Below are positions 1 through 15,248 of a stretch of DNA of 51,623 nucleotides, piece by piece. How positions within the stretch are numbered: position 1 is the first letter of the stretch; each line of letters opens with the position of its first letter. Under the pieces are notes generated by a model, which did not search any database, was not told the origin of the DNA, and saw only the letters and a program-made list of their open reading frames with translations. Where the stretch lies: positions 1 through 51,623 of the forward strand of contig JAQGDQ010001256.1 of assembly GCA_030141605.1 (NCBI GenBank), given 5' to 3'. Both the position numbers and the translations under genes were made by a program. The stretch is from Tubiluchus corallicola. Taxonomy: Eukaryota > Animalia > Priapulida.

Positions 1-329
1 AAGTAGCATTAGTTTACTTTATGAATGTAAATATGTTCTTATACAATGTCAGACAATTGGCACAGTCGCAAACTTCAGCCACGCACAGTCACTTCCACAA
101 AAATGCTGTCGCCATGGTCATTCCTAAAATTACTAAACTGACCCATAACTGGACAATTTTAACTTTATATGTTATACATACATGTACGTTGAAATGCTGA
201 TGTTCAGCACTGAATTCAAATAGACACATTTGTGGTAGGATAGAAAGTTAGAACACTATCAAAAACAAGTCTCTAGAAACATAAATCTAACTGACATTGT
301 CCTTTTAGTGGTATGACAAAATAAAATGT

Positions 330-882
330 GTCAGAATCGCAGAGTTTACAAAAATGACGAGTCACTAAGTATGTTGGCTTTATTTTACTTAAACTTTGAA
401 AAATTTGACAAAGAAATTTGCAAAAGGCTGCCTATAAAGCATAAAATTATGTTAACTTATGTTACCAATGTATAAAAACTTTCATTTACGTTACATGCTA
501 GTCGTCGTTGGCTTGAAAATTATGACGTAACTGGTGAACATCATGATTTTTTTCTTAAACAAGCACTTCTTGAACTATTTGAAACTGCTGCAGCTTACCT
601 ATTGTTCTTTGAAAACTATCGCAAAATTAGCCATCCAATTCTTTGCAAAAGCTTTTTATACTTTTGACGGAAATTAGCCGTTTTTCAACCACTGAATGAC
701 GTCATTGGTGGAAGAATTAACGTTCAAAATGAGAGCATGCAAGCGTGAAATGAGGGCGACTTTAAAGTGATTTTACTAATTACAGGAGGCTCCTGTTACA
801 TATTTATTACTAAATGCTTCTAACACGTTTCGCAAACTTTGAAATAAGTTTAACTTCTCAGAAGGTTTGACGTTTCCTTGAA
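330..882 (-). repeat. Dispersed TTAA|AGGAAA-ended repeat (Kolobok-like?); other copies at ~15430-15812, ~39952-40390 and possibly from ~50967
   Basis: Shared gaatgacgtcattggtggaagaatt..gcgactttaaagtgattttactaattaca..cagaaggttt blocks; boundaries approximate. Confidence 0.65.
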
Positions 883-1509
883 GGTTTTCTGAGTTGATTA
901 CATTAATTTCATTAATTTAATTTTAATTTTAATTCAGTACACATAGTACTATATTACATATATTTACAACACACATAAAATTATAAAACAGATCAAAAAT
1001 TAGTAACTAAACATTTAAATTACATGTTAAATACCATACCTAAAAATTTACAAATTAAAATCATCATATACACAAACAATTAATAAATAAATGCAAAAAC
1101 TTCAATAACATTGTTTTGATAAGAACAATCTCTTTACAGAAAGTTTTAAACGTTCATTCAAATCACCTATAAACTCTTTACGAGTCACTTACATGTTTTC
1201 CAACCACCCAGCCATTCACTTAAGACTTACCTTATGTAATAGTCTAGATTTAAACAAAATGTCACAGTATCTTACTTCACATCCACAAAGCTTGGCTTCA
1301 GCGTCTATATCCTTGGCTTCTATTTAAAGGGCGCTCAGTCTGGTTTGTTGATGAAGCCAGTGCTGAGCAAGCTGCAGAAACTTTCTAGTTCCGTGAACAT
1401 GGCTTCATTTTAGAATGTCTTGCTCTTCTTCGGGGCAACGGTACTCAACAGCTCAGCTAGGCTTGGTCATCCTTAAACTATTTATATGTACTATGATAGC
1501 TTAATCGAT

Positions 1510-1875
1510 CAAAACGAAATTAAAGTTTCAAGTGTTTCAGCACAAAAAAACCCTCCACTTACATGAAGCTTAAAAATTCGTCTTGAAATTTTTGCCACTA
1601 CCTTTTTGCATGCAGAGCTTGTGTCGGCAGTTACGCTGTATAAAACTCCCGCGATGCCCGTCAGACGCAGTCGTTTTGATGATAGGTCATTTGAAGCAAG
1701 TTTAGAATAATACTGAGTAAAGTTTGAAAAAATAATCAGATCATTCGTAGCACAAACGTCACTAACTAAGTAAAATTTTAAATTACTTGATCTTGTCATT
1801 AAGATGAAAAATACTCTTTTTGGTTAGTGAGTGACGCACACTGGAGGTGAGTTTATCAATTGCTGAAAACATTTT
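1510..1875. repeat. Dispersed repeat, inverted homolog at ~29815-30200
   Basis: Shared agcacaa..aaccctccactt..aaaaattc..ttgaaatttt and agtaaagtttgaaaa..taatcaga blocks. Confidence 0.65.
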
Positions 1876-2623
1876 AAGTAATAATAATTATCTTTTTTAG
1901 TTACGTAAGACTTTCAAGCAAGCGAAATGATAGGTAATATAATTTTGCAGGGAAATTTTTTTGTGACATTATTTAACATTTCCTTTTCTTCCTCTGATTT
2001 ACGTTGTGCGTATATGACGTCATGTAATGGCGCGGTCGAAACAGTATTGCGGAAGACTTAAAATGAAAACAAACAAAGAATTCGGTCTTTCAAAGCGAAT
2101 ACGATGTAAGCATAAAACAGCTATAAAGTAATATGAATTTTTAAGAGGATTTTTAAAACCTACTTCAGGTACCTCTTTTCTTGTCCTCTCAGTTTGTTTG
2201 TTTGATTTTTTTAGATGTAAAGATAACGATGCAAAGAAAGCCTGTGCCCTGGTTTTCTCTCGTGTATGTCTGAACAAAAACCTTGCCTTATTTGAATAGT
2301 GTGAAAAAGCTTTATAATCATTACAAAGTGTGATGCACTGCGCGGTGTGCACGCTGGGCCCAAACAAAAGAAAACATTCCGTTTTTTTGTCAATTCACTT
2401 CAATCTAATAACACTACTGGACGTCACAAAATTTGGTGTCAAAGGTCACTGCTAGTTTGTTATGAGGCCAACAAACGTTTTCCTGTGTTACTGACTTTTG
2501 TGAACGCGTTGTCTAAAATTTTGCTTAGTGTGTTTATTCAGGAAGAAAATTAATCCTAAAATGTTTTTCATTTAATGTTATTTTTTGATACAAATTAATT
2601 AAATGTATCAAGTTATGTATTAA

Positions 2624-3063
2624 CCCTTTCATACCCATTGTATCCCGTGGGATACGAGAATATTTTCTGCCTTTAAAATTAATAAAATTTTAAAACTGAC
2701 AGTTATTTGATCTGTTAATAGTTATTTTGATTTAAGCCAATAACAATAGACTAAAAATGGAGATAAAATGGCAAACTAGAAAATCTACATAGCATAAAAA
2801 ATTCTGCAAGGTACAGTACTTTAGAGACGACTTTGTACAGATCAGCATAGCATGCATACTAAATGTCTTAAATACTTTAAAAAATTATCAGCAGTCGCAA
2901 AATGAAGCACGTTTTTTGCTTTCGTTGTGTTTTTAAAAAAGTCGTACTTTGTTTTTTTTTGCACATGACAAAGAATGTTGTGTATCCCACAGGATACATT
3001 GGGAACAAAAGTACCAAGCCAAAAATTTTTTTCCTATTAAAAAATAATTTGATAGTGAAAGGG
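2624..3063. mobile_element. piggyBac-like MITE
   Basis: TTAA|CCCTTTCA...TGAAAGGG|TTAA, with subterminal TGTATCCC..GGATAC palindromes at both ends. Confidence 0.85.
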
Positions 3064-4854
3064 TTAAGTAGTGTTTGCTATGTGTACACAGGGGAGCAGG
3101 ATCGAACTGTCCATAATATTCGAAAACGCAAAAGTACATTTCAGTTACTACCATGCAACAGAAATTTATTCTCCCATATCGAGATCTTTATTACTGGTAT
3201 AGGATGCATGTATAGGATGTGTAGGATGTATATAGGGGAGACCGGGGCAGGTTGTAACACGGGTTTGTTGAAACAGTCTTTATATTTCCCATACCATTGT
3301 CTAAGGCTTCATGGCGAAACTAGGTAACAATGACCCTTGGGCAACCGTTCTACTACATGCATGTCAGTGACGAGTTTAGTGCAGCGGAGAACTGATCGTA
3401 CGACAGTTTTAACAGCTAAAAGTAAATTTGATTTGTGCTTTTTTCGAATATATTTAATCTACTAATGGAAGTACGCTATTTTCAAATTTTATGATGTAGT
3501 AAATAAGAAAGTACTGACCTTCAACTACCCTATGCTATAACATTTTTTAAACACTGATGTATTTTTAAATTATATATATTTTTATATATTATATTAATTC
3601 TTTATTTGTCATTAAAATGGTTCACTCATTAGAATAAAATTGAGTAAGCCTCAGCGTAATGTCAAGATAACAACACTGTTCAAGACAAATGCGTCCAGTG
3701 CAGACCAAAAAAACTACAGTGCAAAACTAAGGCCTAATTATGTACAATAAATGAACATATATAATGTTTTTAAAAAACAATATTACAAATTTTACGTGAC
3801 ATATTTTACACTATATATACATTTGACATGACACAATTAACAGAAACATGCTTTACATTACATAAATTTCACTCATTACATTTGCACTATTTATACATTT
3901 GACATTACAAAACTAACATAACGCCTTCGCGGCTGCGCGCGCGAAAATTGACAATAAGGCAGCTGCTTACGTGGCAGCATTCTTCGATGATGAACGGAAA
4001 TTGTCACTGCTGTTCTGCCATTCAAAGGGGAATTTTCCTCAGTCCACTCTATGGTGCGTCAAATTTTTGCCGATGTTTGCCGACTGTTATGGCAATCGGA
4101 TAATTATATTTGTCTTTTTGTGACGGAAAGTCAAAATTACATTACCAGTAATAATAATTAAATAGAAAATATCGCTAAATTTTCAGCTTAGGATATTTTG
4201 CAATTTGAGTTTGTCAGAAAAATGTTGGCAAAAATTTTTGTCCGAAAGAGTTGTCCGATCTGTGCTCACTAATCACGAGGCCCGAATAAGAGCGCGAAGA
4301 AAGCAAAAGGCATTAAATTTTACTTTGTCGGCTTCTTTATTATAGGCGCACGTTTTCTCTGTTTTGCGATAAGGTTTGTCCACATCTGAATTGTTAAAGC
4401 ACGGGATACTTTGATTAAGGTAACTACAAGATTTACTTTTCTAGTTCGATAATTTGTGTTAAAAACTGATTTATCATGCTTAGGCTTACAGATATTCGCC
4501 GAATGTTCCTTTTTGTGTTATGATGAATATTATTGAATTCTCCGATTGCAATGTATAAAATGTTTTTGTTGCATGTATGAACGTTTACCCCCTGACTGTG
4601 ACCGATTTGATGACTAAACTGTCTTGGGTGGTTTAGCTGTATGTTTTATTATATGTCTGTACGTATTTTTATATATCAGTCTTAGTTCTATGTTGCATTT
4701 ACTGTGTTGTTTGAGAAGATAAATGGCGCGAATACATTTACGTAAACAGTGCCGACGGTAAATTGCTTCACAGTTCGTGAGAACATGAGAAGCAGAAGTG
4801 CTTTAAAGAGTATACTCTGGTGTTTATGTTGAGTTCTGCAAAAAGATCATCAGA

Positions 4855-5040
4855 CAAGAACTAGGGGACATCTATCATCAACTAAAAAAATTACAGTCAC
4901 CTACATGTCCTAACTTTTTTAACTTGGGGGTCGTGGATCGTTGGAACAATTTCTCAGAGAATATAGTTTCTGCAAGCTTTGTAGCTTCTTTTCAAAGCAA
5001 ACTGGATGATGCATTGCAGAACTACTGATACAGCACCGAG
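4855..5040 (+). mobile_element. CR1-like 3' fragment
   Basis: RTRGH..NFF..VVDRWNNFSENIVSA..FQSKLD degenerate translation. Confidence 0.55.
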
Positions 5041-5620
5041 GCTGTGCCAGCAAATACATTTTTTCTTTTTTCTTTCTTTTTGCTATTCACATGTATATTC
5101 ATAGTTTTTTGATAGGTATATGTTATAACTTCCATAAAACAAACAGTTGATAACTATTACTTCTCTTAAAGTTACTGATTTAAATTTCATCTCACAATGT
5201 TTAGCTATGCATATCTGATAACTGTGATTTGTTTTTTTGCTGTTGTTGTATTTTGTTTTTTGTATTTATTTACGTTTATGTACTTTTTTAATAGTTGTTT
5301 TCTGCTGTCATTAACATCCTTTTGTTTACTGTCTTTCTGAGAAGCGTGGTTGACTCGGTAACCTTTGGTTTTTCGCTACCCTTTCTCCAATGTTTGTTTG
5401 TATTTTTGTATATTTTATTGTAAATTTATGGAGAAAAATAAAAAAAATTACTAATTACTAAAGTGCTAGATAGTTATGATTGTTCAACAGGCCAGATGTA
5501 CCTAACACAGGACCGAATGGTCATGATATGATATGACAAAGTTTCCTAGTCACTTGATTAGATGGCATAGTTTGAAGTTTTGGTTCACTGTATGTCCAAA
5601 TTCTTCAGTATTTTTCAGTC

Positions 5621-10271
<4,651 letters not shown>

Positions 10272-10860
10272 GATGTGTATTGGTAGAACATAGGATGCAT
10301 TTGTCTTCTCTTCCTTGCTAAAGTATCATATCTGGCTTGTCCTATGCTTTATTAAAGTATAAGTAGTCTTTTCTTTCAATATGATACCAGCGGTTGTTGT
10401 TCACTGGTTATTTAACAGCTTAAAGATTCGCAGCAGAAATGCACTCAGTAGATCTATATGTAAATATTGTATTTCTGTTTTTATTTTTGCACGGATATTC
10501 GTAACATCAGTGTCATTGCAATTTGCATGTTTCTGTAGCTAAAGAAAAACTAAGAATGTGTATCTTGACACGTCCCTTTCTACTTCTATTTTAGCAGATC
10601 TATTTGTTGTGAAATGTGTGTCTTGTGTTATGTTCGCCGCGATAACATCGCGTCGGTATCTTCGCATAATGAAACCCTGCTGTATTCTGTACCGGATTAC
10701 ATAAAAGTTGTTAATTTGCAAATTGTAGCGAATGTAAATTAAGCGTGTTGTTGTTCTACTTTGTTGTTGTGTGCAACACGAGCAACGGCACTGTTATTCT
10801 GGCCAACTTGTAGCAATGAATCGCCAGTCGTGTGCTTCTGATTATTGTTAGCACGTACTG

Positions 10861-11268
10861 CAGGGGTGTGCAAACTGCAGTCCGTCGAGAGATCTTGTGC
10901 GGCCTGCGAAGAGGTTTGTCAACGTAATGAAAGTGCGGCCCACGTGATTTAGCTCAAGTCTGCGCCAATATCGCAAAGATAGTGCGGGTAGTTTTTTCCT
11001 CTAGATCGGACGACGGCATTAACCCTTACAAGACTGTTGTCACTGTCGGACATGATGAAATATATGATTTTTAATATAAATTTTAATAACTTCTAAAATG
11101 GTTACTTGAGTGTAGTAGTGCAGCAATCATGATGTGCGTAAATCGGATGCAAAAAAATCGTTGTTTGGCCCTACTGTACTTGGCTCCTTGACCAAACTGC
11201 ATGTGGCCCACAGGAATTGCGGGAATGTTTAATGTGGCCCGGCTAGTCAGATAATTTGCACACCCCTG
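10861..11268 (+). mobile_element. hAT-type MITE family B, copy 1
   Basis: TIR caggggtgtgcaaa/tttgcacacccctg; perfect 8-bp TSD acgtactg. Confidence 0.92.
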
Positions 11269-11479
11269 ACGTACTGTAATAATGTTTGCATAAACAGTGG
11301 ATTGTAGACTAGTGGTATTTTAGCATTCAAATTTCATGTATTGTAATTAGTGCATCGAATCAAATTATTCTTTGGCTGGTCCAGTTTTATAAGTTTCCAC
11401 TCGTCGTTTCTGTAGTTGTTGTCTAACTATCAAAGTTTCTGACATCGAGCCGCAAACTCCAGCTGAAAGGGTTGATGCG

Positions 11480-12712
11480 ATGGGCAACTGGAACGAGAGA
11501 TACGATTATGTTTTTGGTAACGAAGATTTCCAGGAATTATGTGACGTAACTTTTTCAGTTGGTGAAACCATCATCAATGCTAGTCGGTGCGTACTTGCAC
11601 TCAGAAGTGACGTTTTTAAGAGGATGCTGTTTGGCCCGCTGTGTCATAAAATTGGTGATGTCATACTAATAACCGATGTTGAACCTGAAGTGTTCCTGCT
11701 ACTTTTGAGGTTCATTTATACCGACCAAGCTGAATTAACTGGTGATAATGTTTTTTCGGTACTATACTAAGCTAAAAAATACAACATTCGTAATCTTGAA
11801 AAATTTGTTGCCGATTTCATTAAATCTCAAATCACAACTGACAACGTCTGCACCATTCTGACAGCTGCTTGTTTCTATGAAAGCCGAGATCTAGAGATGA
11901 GCTGTTTGGAGGTCATTAGTATCGAGACAGAAGCACTTATAGAGTCCGACAGTTTTACTTCCTTGAGCTACGACAGCTTATTGAGGATTGTCCAACTTGA
12001 TGAACTGAGAATTACTGCAGAGGGGAAACTATTTGATGCAGTTTTAAGATGGGCTGATGCTGAATGCAAGCGAAAGAACCTAGAGCAAAATGTGTTCAAC
12101 AAGAGAACAGTCTTATGTGACATCTTGTTTCAAATCAGATTTCCCACAATGGATCCAGAGTTATTCATCAAAGGACCGGTAGCAACTGGAATATTAAATG
12201 ACAAGGAGCAAGCGAATGTTTTAATCAATCATCATCAAGAAGAGGCATCAGAATCAATATTTCCAAAAACGCAGGGAGACCACGCAGACGTTGTGTCAGT
12301 CATGTGTGCTGTACCTGTTGAGGACATTGACAATTTAAAAATTGGAGGATTTTATATTATAGAAAAGTGTACAGTTAATGGTAATGCTGATGAGCTTGTC
12401 ATTTGGCCTTTCAGATGTGACTATTTAAACTGCTCCAACACTGGAGACAACCGTGGTGAAGGCTGTTGCTTAAATTTACAAGTTGTTCCCTCGTGTCGTA
12501 CTACTTTCAGTAGCAGGTGTAAGGACAGTTACATTGAAGTGATTAACAATAATCCACAAAGGTCACTCAAAACTATTCTAAATGAAGATACAAGGGAATG
12601 GGCCTGGCTAGCAAGAAATATTGCACAGTTTAGAACCGTCATGAACCCTGCTTCCGGGTTTATTAATGATGGAAAAATTCGCATAAAAGTTCTGATGCTG
12701 TTTAGAAAATGA
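11480..12712 (+). pseudogene. Intronless BTB/POZ-BACK protein (BTBD1/2/3/6-like) with a MATH-like C-terminus; single in-frame TAA at 11768-11770
   Basis: ORFs 11480-11770 and 11897-12712 share a frame, and the gap translates as VLY*AKKYNIRNLEKFVADFIKSQITTDNVCTIL. BTB motifs: CDVTFSVG..ASRCVLALRSDVFKRMLFG, ITDVEPEVFLLLLRFIYTD. BACK motifs: EGKLFDAVLRWADAEC..IRFPTM. The end MNPASGFINDGKIRIKV resembles the last MATH strand. AATAAA at 12777. Confidence 0.85.
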
Positions 12713-13492
12713 ATTTAAATGAAAATCATTTCTTGAAACTGATGCTTTCACGATTACGATTGATTGTTTATAGACCAATAAATATTTACACCCCGTACGT
12801 TGCCGCCCATTTTGAAGAAGTAAGTCCATTTGTCATGATTGATTATGATCGGAAAATGAGATTTTGCTTTGCCCTTGGTGTGACATATGTCTTAGTAGTG
12901 ACAACAGGAGGCTGTGCATATAACCCCCAAGGCGTTTCTGAATTGCAGGTGCTATTGCCCGTCTAACTAGTGGAGATTATTATTTTCTGACCTCTCTGCT
13001 GACCGAGAACTTGTATAAATGGCTGGTGTAACTACAGACACGGCATGAAATAATTTAAACTTTGTGCTTTTTATCAGTTCTTTGTTCTACAATCATTAAA
13101 TGTATACATAAAGGCATATTTTTACCTTGTCAACGTCTCGCCTTGTACAAACAACTAACTGTACACTCTTTATTAACTTGGTTTATAAACTAACGACACA
13201 GACTAAGAAAAATAACTCTTCACTTTGCCCAATGTCATGTGTAACTTAAGCATCTTGTCCCAACTTTGTTTGAAATTAGAATAAGTTCAAGTATCTTTCA
13301 ATGCCGAATTCCAAACTTTGCGTTCTTAATGACTTGTACTTTAATGGTTCTGTGACAATTCTGCAAATGATGTAAATGATTTTATCTCAGAAATAATAAG
13401 TGTCTAAATATTTATAAAAAATAACGTTTTTTACTGTTTTGTTTGTTTGTTGGACTTAAACTGAAGTTTAGCAGTCGAGTATTCCTTATAAA

Positions 13493-14067
13493 CAGGGTGC
13501 ATAAGATTATGGATATGTATAAAATAAATAAAATACCTTATTTTATGGATTTTTGAAATTTTATTTTATGGATATCAATAAAATAAAAAAATAGGCTATA
13601 TCTGGAACGAGATGCCCAGGGGGAAATCAATTAAAAAGTAAAAACAGGAGTGCTTGAAACGTGTTTTTAAACATGCAGGACTTAGTTTTAATTTTATCGG
13701 TTTCATATCACTTCAAATTTAATCAAATTTTACGAGACAATGGCTGGGTCTCTCTCAGTTATTTTCAGACCGAACTCCAGCTCATGCTTTGGTTGAAACT
13801 TCGGCATCTTCATAACAAAAAGACAATGAGAAAAAAACAATGTAAAATAGCAAATCCGGAAATGCGCTTTTGTTGGTTTGTTTTCTTTCTCTCCTTCTAA
13901 CGTTCGTTTTCAGTGTTGCCAATGCTTACAACTCGTTACTTTGTACAAAAAATCACAAAAAAAAATATTTTTTTATTTTATGCATTTCTTATTTTATGGA
14001 TTTTTCAAATTTTATTTTATGGATTTTTGGTCTTATTTTGTGGATATCTATAATCTTATGCAGCCTG
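13493..14067. mobile_element. hAT-like MITE
   Basis: TIR cagggtgcataagattatggatat / atatctataatcttatgcagcctg; TSD cttataaa/cttattaa. Confidence 0.85.
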
Positions 14068-15146
14068 CTTATTAACCCTATTATTTTATGTGAAAGTACT
14101 TTTAGATTTAGTAAATCATCGTTTAATATTCGTACTTAAATTTATCCCTTTTCGTTTCTAAACAAATCAAACTTAGAAAAGTAAAGATGTGTCCCTTCCC
14201 TGTTGCATGTACCATTATAATTATTAGTGCAGCCATTCTGCATAAATTATACAAATTTATACATAGAAGTATATGAATTTTGATCTTACTGTGGGCAAAT
14301 TTGATTTAACTGCAGTTGTTTTACGTGGACTTTACTTAATTATGTATTAGTCTGTGCGTAGAATGATTTACTAGCAGGATCTTACTTGAGAACAAGAAAA
14401 ATGAACTAGGTAAGGTTCTAGCTAGCTGTTAAAACTGTTACTATTACATTAGCATGAGTTGCGAGGCGTTGTCAAGTGTACACAAATGCGGTACACTTAA
14501 CGTTAGACATAATAAGGTTAGCAAACGTGTAGTGTACTAGATTAGTGTACAATTGTACTTTCTGGAAAACATATGTGAATGTAAGATCATATTTGTTTAT
14601 TAGTATACCTAAATCATGTACAACATAAGAATTTATTCCTCAAAAATATAGTTTTTATAGATAGACGATTATTAATAGGACAAGATACTGTTGTTGCACA
14701 ATTTTAAAACACACATAATCCATTTTAACAATCTTCTTTATTAAAATTCTAATTTTATTTTCTATATTTATCATCCAAGATACAGGTGGTATAAAATTTA
14801 TAAATGACGCAGCAAAAATGTTTGTAGTGCAAAGCCCTGTATTTCAAATTTGGACAGTAGCGTGCGTTTCAATGCTTTCTACATATTTAAAAGTTGTTAT
14901 ACGATTTCATCGAATACAAGTGAAATTAGTAGGAAGTTAAAATCTGAAATTTTATAAACTGGCGCTTTTGCGTCAAGTTTAAAATTTTCCCAGCCTAAAT
15001 TCTAGTAGTGTAACAAATCTTTGGTAGTTGGGGGGAGGAGGGGGGTGTTCCAAATCCAGCAGAACTTTCTTGGCATGCTTACAACAACTAAAACACAACA
15101 AATTACAATATTTTCTGATGATGTCGCTTGTCCACCGTTTTGTCCG

Positions 15147-15248
15147 CTATCCTCTGGTTCCGCGAGTCTCGTGATCGTAAAATACAGCCTGTTTGTAGAT
15201 GGGTGTCTTAACTATTGAGCGAATCGTGTTATCACCAGGTACTGATAA
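15147..15248 (-). CDS. CFAP299: CFAP299 exon 6 (terminal)
   Basis: ttttacag|[33 protein letters not shown]. Confidence 0.9.
   Translation of the reverse strand, partial: LSVPGDNTIRSIVKTPIYKQAVFYDHETRGTRG

Noticed and set aside
1330-1410. Hammerhead-like TGATGA..GAAAC motif after a TATTTAA (Penelope-type)
   Set aside because: The core C3 is missing and stem I cannot be paired; at best a decayed remnant.
12709-12966. 85-aa ORF overlapping the BTB stop (ATGA), resembling operon-style coupling
   Set aside because: No recognisable domain, and it spans the likely poly(A) signal; probably chance.
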